A DNA stretch of 64,000 nucleotides from OCS116 cluster bacterium AG-430-B22 (GCA_003209955.1 QCOD01000001.1:33330-97329), one strand, 5' to 3'; shown: positions 9,267 through 19,092, counted from the first letter of the stretch. Program-made: numbers and translations. Notes: a model not told the origin generated them from the sequence alone.

Positions 9267-10421
9267 ATGAAGATATTAGCATTAGGAGGTAGTGGTGGAA
9301 TGGGAAGATATGCTGTTCAATCCCTTTATAAACACCCCAAAATAAAAAAAATTTATGTAGCTGACATCAATGCTGATGCTGCAAAAGATTTCTCATTAAC
9401 TTTCAGTGATAAAGTAGAAGGTATAGGATTAGATGTAACAAAAAATGAATCTTTATTAGAGGTTATGTCTAAAGTCGATATAGCGGTTAATACGACAGGA
9501 CCTTTTTTTAAATTTGCTGAACCAATTCTAAGAGCTTCAATAGAAACAAATTGTCATTATTTTGATATTTGTGATGATTGGGAGCCAACCGAAAAAATGT
9601 TTCTTTTGGATAATCAAGCAAAAAACGCTGGAATTACAGCTATCTTAGGACTAGGTGCTAGCCCTGGATTAACAAATATCCTTGCTTATATGGCTATGCT
9701 GGAACTTGACGATATTTCAAAAGTTTATACAGGATGGGATATGTCTTCAGCTAAACCAGAGCCTATATCATCACAAAAAGGGGTTAATGCAGCTATGGTT
9801 CATGCAATCGAGCAAATGATTGGAAAAATTAAGGTATTTAAAGATGGAAAGTATCAAATGGTAAGACCTTTAACAGAAGTAAAAATTCATTATCCAGAAT
9901 TAGGGGAATTTAAAGCAAACATATTTGGCCATCCAGAGGCAATAAGTTTTCCTCATCATTATCCTAATATTAATGAGTCATTAAATTTAATGCATGGTGA
10001 AGAAAGAGGATTTAATACAACCTTGAAGTTTATAAGGTTTTTAATTGAGATTAATCTTTTAACGAAAAATATGGCTGCAAGAATTCTAACATGGATGGAA
10101 GGATCTACTACCTCAATGCAAAAAACAGAAAAACTAAATTTACCACCGGTCTTTGGTTATGCTGAGGGAAATAAGAATGGCCAAAAGATTTCAATTGGCG
10201 TAACTATTGATGGAGACATCATGGATTTATCAATGGGGGAGGCTACCTCTTTTCCTTTAGCATGTGGAGTAAAAATGTTAATTGATGGGTTGATTGATAG
10301 CTCTGGTGTTCATGCTCCAGAGTCAGGAATTATTGATCCAGGGTTATTTATGAATTATTTATCGAGAGAAATAAATAACGAAGGTAAACTATTTCCAGTA
10401 ATTACAAGGAGTGAAATATGA
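9267..10421 (+). CDS. Saccharopine dehydrogenase-family NAD(P)-dependent oxidoreductase
   Basis: LGGSGGMG, VNTTGPF, HYFDICDD, GLGASPGLTN, GHPE. Confidence 0.85.
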   Translation: MKILALGGSGGMGRYAVQSLYKHPKIKKIYVADINADAAKDFSLTFSDKVEGIGLDVTKNESLLEVMSKVDIAVNTTGPFFKFAEPILRASIETNCHYFDICDDWEPTEKMFLLDNQAKNAGITAILGLGASPGLTNILAYMAMLELDDISKVYTGWDMSSAKPEPISSQKGVNAAMVHAIEQMIGKIKVFKDGKYQMVRPLTEVKIHYPELGEFKANIFGHPEAISFPHHYPNINESLNLMHGEERGFNTTLKFIRFLIEINLLTKNMAARILTWMEGSTTSMQKTEKLNLPPVFGYAEGNKNGQKISIGVTIDGDIMDLSMGEATSFPLACGVKMLIDGLIDSSGVHAPESGIIDPGLFMNYLSREINNEGKLFPVITRSEI

Positions 10422-11359
10422 GAGCAGTTGGTTTTAAAGAATTTGGAGATCCGGAAGTTCTAGAAGTAATGGATATTCCAGAAGTTTTCGCAGGTCCCGG
10501 CGAAATAAGAATTAGAAATTATGCTTCGGCTGTAAATCCTACAGATATTGTTTCAAGAAGTGGTTTAATTTCCCAATTTCGTAAAGATTTTTCTCTTCCC
10601 TCAGTACCAGGAATGGATATCTCTGGGATTGTAGATCAAGTGGGAGAGGGCGTCGAAACAGGAATAAATATTGGTGATAAGGTAATGGGAATGGTGATAC
10701 CTAATGAACTCCATGGAGCTTATCGTGAGCAAATAATTTTAAATCAATTTGCAGTTGTTAAGAACCCGGAAGGCTATTCTTTTGTGGAGTCATCAACATT
10801 ACCTATGAATGGTTTAACTGCTCGATTATCCTTAGATTTGTTAAATTTAAATAAAGAGCAAGTTCTTGCTGTTACAGGTGGACCAGGCGCATATGGAGGT
10901 TATGTAATCCAGTTAGCAAAAGCTGATGGTCTAACTGTAATTGCGGACGCAAATGAAAATGATATTGAGCTTTTAAATGAATTAGGTGCCGATCATATAA
11001 TTCCAAGAGGTGAAAATTTTGTCGAAAAAATTAAAGAAGTTTTCCCCGAAGGTGTTGATGGTATTGCTGATGGAGCTTTACTTAACGAAAAGGCAATTGA
11101 CGCTGTTAAAGATAATGGATCTTTTACAAGCGTAAGGGGGTTTAAAGGAGAACCACAAAGAAATATAAATTTTACTTCTACTTGGGTAATTGAATATGAT
11201 TGTGACTTCGATAAGCTAGATAAGCTTCGTCAACAAGTTGAAGATGACCTTGTTACTCTTAGGGTAGCTGATACGGTAACTCCTGAAAATGCCTATGAGG
11301 CTCATAAAAGACTTGATGGAGGGGGTACTAGAGGTAGGATGGTTATTAATTGGGAATAA
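10418..11359 (+). CDS. MDR-family NAD(P)H:quinone oxidoreductase-like protein
   Basis: FGDPEVL, AVNPTD, PGMDISG, TGGPGAYG; ATGA overlap with upstream gene. Confidence 0.88.
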   Translation: MRAVGFKEFGDPEVLEVMDIPEVFAGPGEIRIRNYASAVNPTDIVSRSGLISQFRKDFSLPSVPGMDISGIVDQVGEGVETGINIGDKVMGMVIPNELHGAYREQIILNQFAVVKNPEGYSFVESSTLPMNGLTARLSLDLLNLNKEQVLAVTGGPGAYGGYVIQLAKADGLTVIADANENDIELLNELGADHIIPRGENFVEKIKEVFPEGVDGIADGALLNEKAIDAVKDNGSFTSVRGFKGEPQRNINFTSTWVIEYDCDFDKLDKLRQQVEDDLVTLRVADTVTPENAYEAHKRLDGGGTRGRMVINWE

Positions 11360-11368
11360 AGGTTTATA

Positions 11369-12025
11369 TTGGAAGATAAAATTAAATTATGGGGAGCTGG
11401 CACTACAAGAACACTAAGACCAATTTGGATGGCTGAGGAGCTTGGAGTAGATTATGAATTAATCCCTATTGGCCCAAGAACTGGTGAAACACAATCAAAA
11501 GAATTCACTGACCTCAATCCCAAGCAAAAAATACCATTTTTGGAAAATGGTGAAATTAGATTATCTGAAAGTTTAGCTATATGTAGATATTTAGAATATA
11601 CCTTTCCCTCCAATAAAATATTTATACCAAAGAATAATATTGATAGAGCAAAAGAGGACGAGTGGTGTAGTTACATTTATGGAGAAATTGACGAAACAAC
11701 TCTTTATGTCATGAGAAGGCATTATGATCTTAAATCGATTTATGGTGACTCACCAATTGTGGTAAAGGCTTGCAGAGAACATCTAAAAAAGAATTTAGAA
11801 ATTATTGATGATTTTTTAAAAGATAAAAAATCAATTCTTGATAAAGGATTTGGATTAGCAGATATTATGCTTATTTCTTGCCTTGACTGGGCAATTTATT
11901 ATGAGTTTAAATTACCTGAAAATATCATGTCATATAGAGAAAACATTAAAAAAAGATCGGCCTTTAAAGAAGCCATGTTAAAAAATTATAAATCATCTGA
12001 GGTACTTAACAGTGGGACCACTTAA
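11369..12025 (+). CDS. Glutathione S-transferase
   Basis: LNPKQKIPFL, LSESLAI, FGLADI; TTG start. Confidence 0.88.
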   Translation: MEDKIKLWGAGTTRTLRPIWMAEELGVDYELIPIGPRTGETQSKEFTDLNPKQKIPFLENGEIRLSESLAICRYLEYTFPSNKIFIPKNNIDRAKEDEWCSYIYGEIDETTLYVMRRHYDLKSIYGDSPIVVKACREHLKKNLEIIDDFLKDKKSILDKGFGLADIMLISCLDWAIYYEFKLPENIMSYRENIKKRSAFKEAMLKNYKSSEVLNSGTT

Positions 12026-13202
12026 AGGTATAAAAATAATTGATCTTACAAGCATGGTATCGGGGCCAATGTGTTCAATGATATTAGCCGATCAGGGTGC
12101 AGAGGTTATTAAAGTTGAACCAGTTATTGGGGATCAAGTTCGGCATATGGCAACGCCTCATAATGGTGTAAATGCACCATTTTATTCCGTAAATAGAGGT
12201 AAGAAATCATTGGCGATTGATTTAAAATCAAAAGAGGGGAGAGAAATTTTGTTAAAATTAGCTGAAGACGCAGATGTTTTTATGCAAAATTTTAGACCAG
12301 GCGCTATTGATCGAATGGGTTTTAGTGAAAAAGTCATACGAAAATTAAATAAAAAAATTATTTACTTATCAATTAGTGGTTTTGGTGAAAAAGGCCCTTA
12401 CTCTCAATCACGAGTATATGATCCAGTTATTCAAGCTTTATCAGGAGCAACAGATATTCAAGCTGACAGAGATACTGGAAAACCTAAAATGTTTCGTATC
12501 ATTATTGCTGATAAAACGACAGCACTGACAGCTGCTCAAGCAGTTTCATCAGCTCTTTATGCTAGAGAGGTATCAGGTACTGGGCAGCATATTAATTTAT
12601 CAATGTTAGAGAGTATGCTTGCCTTTTTTTGGCCTGAAGGTATGGCTGGTTTAGTTTACGAGGATAAGGAATTTGATGTTCGAAAGATTCAAGGAACACA
12701 AGATTTAATTTATAAAGCAAAAGATCGTTATATTACTGCTGGTGCTGTTTCTGATGCTGAATGGCGAGGAATGTGCAAGGCTCTGAACAGAGAAGATTTG
12801 ATAGATGATGAAAGATTCTCAGACTCTTCTTCTCGCATGGTAAATGCACAAGAGAGAAAAGAGCTGACTGGAGAAGAAATTTCTAAGTGGGATAGTGAAG
12901 ATTTACTTGAAAGATTTCAAAAGGAAGGAGTTCCCTGTGCTCCATTGCTTGATAGAATGGAATTAATGGATCATGAGCAAATAACTGCAAATGAAACAAT
13001 TTGGTATGATAACTTTGATGGATTTGGTCAAATAAGGCAGGCACGCCCGGCTGCAAGATTTAGTGAAACAGAAAGTGAAATTGTAAGACCAGCACCAAAA
13101 TTAGGTGAACATGGCTTAGAGATACTTTCGGATCTTGGTTATGAAAAGTCACTACAACAAAGACTGATAGATGAAGGTAAATTAGTAGTTAAAAATGATT
13201 AA
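12012..13202 (+). CDS. CoA-transferase family III (CaiB/BaiF)
   Basis: PLKGIKIIDLT...GP...LADQGAEVIKVEP, NRGKKS, QNFRPG, YDPVIQA, APKLGEH. Confidence 0.93.
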   Translation: MGPLKGIKIIDLTSMVSGPMCSMILADQGAEVIKVEPVIGDQVRHMATPHNGVNAPFYSVNRGKKSLAIDLKSKEGREILLKLAEDADVFMQNFRPGAIDRMGFSEKVIRKLNKKIIYLSISGFGEKGPYSQSRVYDPVIQALSGATDIQADRDTGKPKMFRIIIADKTTALTAAQAVSSALYAREVSGTGQHINLSMLESMLAFFWPEGMAGLVYEDKEFDVRKIQGTQDLIYKAKDRYITAGAVSDAEWRGMCKALNREDLIDDERFSDSSSRMVNAQERKELTGEEISKWDSEDLLERFQKEGVPCAPLLDRMELMDHEQITANETIWYDNFDGFGQIRQARPAARFSETESEIVRPAPKLGEHGLEILSDLGYEKSLQQRLIDEGKLVVKND

Positions 13203-13226
13203 GAAATCTATTTTAAAAAATTCACT

Positions 13227-14135
13227 CTAAACTAGAGAAAAAACAATAAAAAAAGAAAAAGGTATTATCAATATCCATGAAATAATTGGGTAAATTAATT
13301 TCTTTGTATCGATATCTTTCAAATTCTTAAATGCTATTTGTGTTCCAACCGAAAATAACCCAATAAGGAGTAAAATTTGACTAACATTCCTAATAATTTC
13401 TTTTTCTATAGGTGTATTGAAATAAGACCCTGAAATAATTGCTAAAATAAAAAAAATAACAAACATTGGGAATGGAAAATGTTTTTTATCACTCTTCTCA
13501 GTTATGCTTATTAACATAATTAATGGTATTAACCATAAAGTTCGCCCTAGTTTTAATGTTGATGCAGTCTCCAGAGACTCATACCCGTAACTCATTGAAG
13601 CGCCTATGACCGCGCTAGTATCATGAATTACAGTTGCGGCCCATGCTCCAAATTGACTTTGAGATAAATTTAATAATTCCCCTATAAATGGAAAAAGAAA
13701 TATTCCTAAGGCATTTAAAATGAATATTATTGATAAAGCTGCAGCTAAATCTTCATTTTTTGATTTAATGATTGGCGCAATAGATACCATTGCCGTTCCA
13801 CCACAAATTGATGATCCAGAAGCAACTAAAAGAGAATAATTTTTATCAATTTTAAGTGAAAGACCTAATAAAAAAACAAATGTAAAAGTTAATACAACAA
13901 ATATTGATATTGCAGGCATGTATTGAAAGCTAGAATTAATTGCTGATTGATAATTAATTGAAAAGCCAAGAAGAACTATTCCAGTCTGTAAAATAATTGT
14001 TGAATATTTTTTTGTAATAAATTCATTTTTAGTTTTAAACATCAGACTAAAAATTATTCCACCAAATATCGCTAAAATAGGTATTTTAAAGAAAATACTT
14101 ACAAATAAAAAAATGATTAAATAGAAATAGATCAT
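13227..14135 (-). CDS. YeiH-family putative sulfate exporter membrane protein
   Basis: GIVLLGF, GSSICGGTA, IHDTSAV, KLGRTLWL; multi-TM. Confidence 0.88.
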   Translation of the reverse strand: MIYFYLIIFLFVSIFFKIPILAIFGGIIFSLMFKTKNEFITKKYSTIILQTGIVLLGFSINYQSAINSSFQYMPAISIFVVLTFTFVFLLGLSLKIDKNYSLLVASGSSICGGTAMVSIAPIIKSKNEDLAAALSIIFILNALGIFLFPFIGELLNLSQSQFGAWAATVIHDTSAVIGASMSYGYESLETASTLKLGRTLWLIPLIMLISITEKSDKKHFPFPMFVIFFILAIISGSYFNTPIEKEIIRNVSQILLLIGLFSVGTQIAFKNLKDIDTKKLIYPIISWILIIPFSFFIVFSLV

Positions 14136-14233
14136 AGTTGAATAATATCATTATAAATCAAATTATCTCTTAATTATTTCTTTCTAAACTATTTAAAATA
14201 TATAATATTAATAATTAAGTAATATTGGAGAAG

Positions 14234-14836
14234 ATGATGACCAAAGAAGTAGATTTTTATTTTGATTTTGCTAGTCCTAATGCATATTTAAGTCATAAAG
14301 TGCTTAAATCAATTTCTGAAAAAACGGGGGCTAAAGTTAATTATATTCCTGTTCTCTTAGGAGGTATATTTAAGGCTACTAATAACAACCCACCAATGGT
14401 TCAATTTGCTGAGGTAAAGGGCAAATTAGAGTATCAATCACTTGAAATAACGAGATTTATTGAAAGACATGGTTTGCAATCTTTTCAAATGAATCCACAC
14501 TTTCCAGTAATAAGTTTACAAATTATAAGAGGCGCAATTGCTGCTGAAATGGATGGCTATCTTGAAGAATATATAGATAAAGTATTAGTTCATATGTGGG
14601 AGCAACCCAAGAAAATGGATGATCCAGAAGTCATCAAAGAAGCATTTGTTGAGTCAGGATTAGATGCCGATAAATTGATGAGTCAAATGCAGGATCCTGA
14701 TGTTAAAGCAAAACTAATATCTAATACTGAAGCAGCCGTTGAAAGAGGGGTTTTTGGTATACCAACTTTTTTTGTTGGTGATCAAATATTCTTTGGAAAA
14801 GACACATTATGGCAAGTTGAAGAATTACTTATATAA
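14234..14836 (+). CDS. 2-hydroxychromene-2-carboxylate isomerase / DsbA-FrnE (kappa GST) family
   Basis: FYFDFASPNAY, GVFGIPTF, FFGKD; ATG at 14234 or 14237 after GGAG. Confidence 0.9.
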   Translation: MMTKEVDFYFDFASPNAYLSHKVLKSISEKTGAKVNYIPVLLGGIFKATNNNPPMVQFAEVKGKLEYQSLEITRFIERHGLQSFQMNPHFPVISLQIIRGAIAAEMDGYLEEYIDKVLVHMWEQPKKMDDPEVIKEAFVESGLDADKLMSQMQDPDVKAKLISNTEAAVERGVFGIPTFFVGDQIFFGKDTLWQVEELLI

Positions 14837-14872
14837 TTTGACTTTATCTAATTAGTTTAATACTTACGCGTT

Positions 14873-15157
14873 ATGTGGAATTTAAAAAATAAAATATTAG
14901 TTTTCTTTATAGCTATGTTATTTTTCACTTCGGTTTCAGCCGAAGAACTTCTACATGACCATCACAAACATCATGATCATATATCTGTTGAAATAGATTG
15001 TGATTTTTGTGTTAATGCAGCTCCTGAGTTTGAAAATGAAGTTTTTAATTTTGGAGACCAATTCCTTAATATTTCTGAGTTTATTCAAACTCTTGATAAT
15101 CAATTTTTAGACAACAATACTTCTGAATTTTATTCCAGAGGACCTCCTCAAATTTAA
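14873..15157 (+). CDS. DUF2946/CruR-like leader protein: signal peptide, His cluster, CxxC, C-terminal RGPP arrest motif
   Basis: MWNLKNKILVFFIAMLFFTSVSA, HDHHKHHDH, C43-D-F-C46, R89-G-P-P92; directly upstream of a metal TonB receptor. Confidence 0.8.
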   Translation: MWNLKNKILVFFIAMLFFTSVSAEELLHDHHKHHDHISVEIDCDFCVNAAPEFENEVFNFGDQFLNISEFIQTLDNQFLDNNTSEFYSRGPPQI

Positions 15158-15189
15158 ATTTCATTTCTTATGTAAATTTAAAAAAGGAG
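15144..15189 (+). promoter_or_regulatory. Putative SD-sequestering mRNA hairpin between leader ORF and TonB receptor
   Basis: Manual pairing: CTCCT 15144-48 with AGGAG 15185-89; TTTAAATTT 15153-61 with AAATTTAAA 15174-82; CAT 15162-64 with ATG 15170-72; 5-nt loop. Confidence 0.7.
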
Positions 15190-15195
15190 ATAAAA

Positions 15196-17523
15196 TTGAA
15201 AAATTTACTTTTAGCGCTTTTGTTTGTGGGTGCTTTAATAATACACAATGAAAAAATATATTCGAGTGAGATAGATGAAATTGTAGTTACATCATCTTAC
15301 ATTGATAAAAACCTATCAGACCTAGACGATCCAATTCATGTAATTGGGGGAGATGATGCCACTTTTGACTCTACAGTAAGCTTAGGAGAGTCACTTGATA
15401 ATCTTCTTGGAGTTCAATCCTCAGATTTTGGTGCAGCTGTTGGTCATCCTATCATTCGTGGTTTATCAGGTAATAGAGTTAGAATTATGAATAATGGTAA
15501 AACTCTAAGAGATGTTTCTACTATTGGTGACGATCATATGAATGAGGTTGATTTAAATGATATCCAACAAATAGAAATAGTTAGAGGACCATCATCACTT
15601 CTATATTCTAGTGGGACTGTTGGAGGCATAATAAATATCATTGATAATACAATTGCTAGAGAAGATTTTAAAGAACCCAAATTTAATATTGCTTTAGAAA
15701 CCCAATCTGTTAACGAAGGAGAAGCTGGAAGTTTTTCTTATCAAAATAACATTGGTGGTTTCAATGTAAGTTTGGCTTATAAAGATTCTCAGTTTGATAA
15801 TTATGATATTCCAAATGGTGCAATCATTCATGCCGAGGATGAGCATCACGATGAAGATGAGCATCACGATGAAGATGAGCATCACGATGAAGAAAATCTT
15901 GGTTACTTAGAAAACTCTGACTTTGAATCAACATCACAAAGATTTGGTATTTCAAAAACAGGTGAATGGGGATATTTCGGTATTTCTTATAAGAATTCTG
16001 AAAGTCTTTTTGGTGTTCCATTCCACGGTGATGGTCACGAAGATCATGGAATGCATGGTAAAGAAGAACATCATGAAGAAGAAGCACATCATGATGAAGA
16101 TGAGCATCATGATGAAGATGAACATGAAGGTCATGATGAGCATGAAGGTGAAAGAATTTTTTCCAATACAGAATCTGATATTTTTGATGTTGAAGGTTCT
16201 TATGTCGTTAATAGTTCTTGGCTGAAAAAGATTAATTATTTCTTTAGATCTTCAGATTATCTTCATACTGAGCAACATGCTGAAGAAGAACATCATGAAG
16301 AAGAAGAGCATCATGACGAAGATGAGCATCATGACGAAGATGAGCATGATGAACATGGTCATGCTGAAGGCCCAACAAATTTTGAAAATAAATCTAAGGA
16401 GTTTGGTTTTGTTTTTGATTTAACAAATGATGTTGTTAAGCAAAAATTATCTATCAATTATGTAGAAGAAGAAATTTCTATAGTTGGTGCTGAAGCATTT
16501 ATGAGGCCAACAGATAATGAAGAATTATCCATTGGTTATTATTTGTCTAAAGAATTTGGATTATTCGATGTTGATTTCGGTATTAGGTATGATGATATTT
16601 CTCGTAAAGGTTCATTAGCTCATCATGAAGAAGAGCATCACGATGAAGACGAACATCACGATGAAGACGAACATCACGATGAAGACGAACATGAAGAGGA
16701 AATTGACTTCTTTAATAAAGATTATAGCGAAACAAGTTTTGCTGTTAATTTTTCAAGAGAAGTTAATGATAACTTTACAGTTAGTCTAGGCCTAGCAAGA
16801 GTTGAAAGAGCGCCATCACCAGTAGAGTTATATATGAATGGAGCTCATTTAGTTACTGGTCGCTTTGAAGTCGGCAATACAGAACTTGAATCTGAGAGCG
16901 CTAACAACATTGATTTGAATGTATTTTATAAAAATAATAATTTCTCTTTTAGAGGTAATATATTCAAAAATGATATTGATAACTACATCTATCTACAAGA
17001 TGAAACGGAAGAAGAGCATGAAGAGCATGAAGAGCATGGCGATCATGATGACCATGGTGGTCTTATATTAGCAAACTTCCTGCAAAAAGATGCTGAACTT
17101 GAAGGTTATGAATTTGAAGTTAGTCAGATTTTTACTTTTGATAGAGGTAATCTTACTTTATCATTCGGCAGAGACTCAGTTACAGGCGAGTTTAAGAATG
17201 GAATGAATATTCCAAGAATTGTGCCTGCAAGAAATATTATAACTGTCTCTTACTCAGAAGATAATCTTCTAGCAAGATTGACTTATAAAGATGTTGAAGA
17301 GCAAAATGATATTGGAGAAGGTGAAACAGCAACTGAAGCTTATGAAATGCTTGATTTTTCTTTAAAGAAAACTTTTGTTCTTAATAATCAAAATGAAATA
17401 AGTTTATCATTGTTTGGTAAGAATCTTCTTGACGAAGTGGCCAGAAATCACGCTTCTTTTGTTAAAAATGAAGTTCCTTTACCAGGAAGAAATTATGGTC
17501 TTAAATTAAATTATAAATTTTAA
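15196..17523 (+). CDS. ZnuD-like TonB-dependent receptor with five His/acidic-rich insertions
   Basis: Signal peptide, TonB box DEIVVTS, plug motifs IIRGLSGNRV and IEIVRGPSSLLY..GTVGG, C-terminal PGRNYGLKLNYKF; TTG start after AAGGAG. Confidence 0.9.
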   Translation: MKNLLLALLFVGALIIHNEKIYSSEIDEIVVTSSYIDKNLSDLDDPIHVIGGDDATFDSTVSLGESLDNLLGVQSSDFGAAVGHPIIRGLSGNRVRIMNNGKTLRDVSTIGDDHMNEVDLNDIQQIEIVRGPSSLLYSSGTVGGIINIIDNTIAREDFKEPKFNIALETQSVNEGEAGSFSYQNNIGGFNVSLAYKDSQFDNYDIPNGAIIHAEDEHHDEDEHHDEDEHHDEENLGYLENSDFESTSQRFGISKTGEWGYFGISYKNSESLFGVPFHGDGHEDHGMHGKEEHHEEEAHHDEDEHHDEDEHEGHDEHEGERIFSNTESDIFDVEGSYVVNSSWLKKINYFFRSSDYLHTEQHAEEEHHEEEEHHDEDEHHDEDEHDEHGHAEGPTNFENKSKEFGFVFDLTNDVVKQKLSINYVEEEISIVGAEAFMRPTDNEELSIGYYLSKEFGLFDVDFGIRYDDISRKGSLAHHEEEHHDEDEHHDEDEHHDEDEHEEEIDFFNKDYSETSFAVNFSREVNDNFTVSLGLARVERAPSPVELYMNGAHLVTGRFEVGNTELESESANNIDLNVFYKNNNFSFRGNIFKNDIDNYIYLQDETEEEHEEHEEHGDHDDHGGLILANFLQKDAELEGYEFEVSQIFTFDRGNLTLSFGRDSVTGEFKNGMNIPRIVPARNIITVSYSEDNLLARLTYKDVEEQNDIGEGETATEAYEMLDFSLKKTFVLNNQNEISLSLFGKNLLDEVARNHASFVKNEVPLPGRNYGLKLNYKF
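15838..15891 (+). repeat. 18-bp tandem repeat x3 (GATGAGCATCACGATGAA, encodes DEHHDE)
   Basis: Three perfect copies read directly. Confidence 0.95.
16087..16122 (+). repeat. 18-bp tandem repeat x2 (CATCATGATGAAGATGAR)
   Basis: Two near-identical copies inside His-rich loop 2. Confidence 0.85.
16306..16341 (+). repeat. 18-bp tandem repeat x2 (GAGCATCATGACGAAGAT)
   Basis: Two perfect copies inside His-rich loop 3. Confidence 0.9.
16636..16689 (+). repeat. 18-bp tandem repeat x3 (CATCACGATGAAGACGAA, encodes HHDEDE)
   Basis: Three perfect copies read directly. Confidence 0.95.
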
Positions 17524-17545
17524 CTAATATTAAAATTTATTTGAG

Positions 17546-17586
17546 ATAATGCTCAGAGTTCTTTAGCTCTGGGCATTATTTATTTT
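17546..17586. terminator. Intrinsic terminator hairpin between convergent genes
   Basis: ATAATGCTCAGAG...CTCTGGGCATTAT inverted repeat followed by a T-rich tail. Confidence 0.8.
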
Positions 17587-17603
17587 AACCAAGATACAAA
17601 GTC

Positions 17604-19043
17604 TCAATCCTTTTCTATTTCTAAAGATTTAAGAGCTTCTTCATGTGAAGATTTAGAAATATTATAGAAAAACATACATGAAATTGATGCTAAAGTTAAA
17701 ATTGGACCTAAGATGGCTTGAAAAAATGCCAATCTATAAATTGGTTCCTGCATCTCTAACACTGTTGGGTTTTTTACATCAAAACCTACAAACTCCAAAA
17801 GAAAACCAACAAATACAACGCCTAAACCACTTATTATTTTTTGAATAAAGCCATTCGCAGACAAATAAAGACCTTCATCTCTTCGTCCAGTCGTTAATTG
17901 ACCATCTTCAACAACATCATAAACCATTGATATTACTAATATCCATCCTGCTGTTCTTAAAAAATAACCAACGCATAAAAATATAATAATTGTCCACCAA
18001 AGAGCATCTGTTCCATTTTCAGGAAAAATTTGCATTGGTACATATGGGTCCAATAATCTTAACCAAATTGGCATTGGCTCAACAATGAGATTGATAAGAA
18101 ATAAACCTATGGCAAAGTTTTTTTTGCTCTTTCCTCTAGCTAAAGGTGCCGCAAAGAATCCTGCTAAAACAACTGGTAGGGCTATAATAATTGGAAATAA
18201 GCTTATTTCCTCGGGAGTCCATTGCCAAAAATAAATACTAAAATAATTATCTAAACTTGAAAATATTCCAATATTAAGAGCTAAAATAGTTCCAGCAGTA
18301 AAAAGAACTAACCAATTTCTATTTGAAAGAGACTCAACTATTTCTTTCCAAAATTCAGAAAATTTAAAACTCTTAGGATCTGGCTCAACCATGTCAGGAA
18401 TATATTTATGTGTTGATAGTGAGGATATTAGGCCAAAGATAATGATTAAAAAACAAGCTAAAAGACCAAATTTTGGATAGGCTTCAGGATTTAAAAAAGC
18501 ACGAGAACCTGAAAATGTTTCAGTTTCCACAAGAAAAAAAGCTAACATTGCATAGCTCATAATCCCCAAACCCATATTGCCGTATAAAACACCATAACCA
18601 CTTAAGGTGTTACGCCTTTCATAATCAGTAATAAGTTCAGGACCAATTGCTGCTCTTGGTGTCTCATAAAAAGTAAACAATGTTCGCAAAAGAATTGATG
18701 CAATTAATAATTTTATAAAAAGTGTAGTTTGAGAAGTATCTGTAGGAATTGAATAAAGAAAATAAGCACTTAAACCAAAAGGTATTATTGCTAAATACAC
18801 AAATGGATGTCTTCTTCCCCATTTTGATTTAAAACGGTCTGACCAGGCGCCAACCAAGGGGTCTGAGATTGCATCAAATACTAGAGCAATAGCAAGAGCA
18901 TAGGATGCCAATAATGGTTCGAGACCTAAAATCTGATTAAAATAAACTAGAAGCCATGATCCAAACAGTAAATTCTTAACCCCAACAGCGCCAGATCCTA
19001 ATGTGTATAAGTGCAAGGTGTTGTTTGAAATATTATTGCTCAT
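17604..19043 (-). CDS. MFS glycoside-pentoside-hexuronide (GPH) cation symporter
   Basis: FDAISDPLVGAWSDR..SKWGRRHP, DVVED....GRRDEG; about 12 TM. Confidence 0.9.
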   Translation of the reverse strand: MSNNISNNTLHLYTLGSGAVGVKNLLFGSWLLVYFNQILGLEPLLASYALAIALVFDAISDPLVGAWSDRFKSKWGRRHPFVYLAIIPFGLSAYFLYSIPTDTSQTTLFIKLLIASILLRTLFTFYETPRAAIGPELITDYERRNTLSGYGVLYGNMGLGIMSYAMLAFFLVETETFSGSRAFLNPEAYPKFGLLACFLIIIFGLISSLSTHKYIPDMVEPDPKSFKFSEFWKEIVESLSNRNWLVLFTAGTILALNIGIFSSLDNYFSIYFWQWTPEEISLFPIIIALPVVLAGFFAAPLARGKSKKNFAIGLFLINLIVEPMPIWLRLLDPYVPMQIFPENGTDALWWTIIIFLCVGYFLRTAGWILVISMVYDVVEDGQLTTGRRDEGLYLSANGFIQKIISGLGVVFVGFLLEFVGFDVKNPTVLEMQEPIYRLAFFQAILGPILTLASISCMFFYNISKSSHEEALKSLEIEKD

Positions 19044-19092
19044 GAGATATGCCTTAGTAATAGAAATATATTAATTTACAATGATTAAATCC

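Noticed and set aside
15694..16225. Overlapping ORFs such as MMLIFIVMLIFIV and HRDAHLHRDAHL
   Set aside because: Shadow frames of the His/acidic repeats in the TonB receptor.
15838..16689. Repeats as a possible CRISPR array
   Set aside because: Contiguous in-frame coding 18-mers without spacers; no cas genes.
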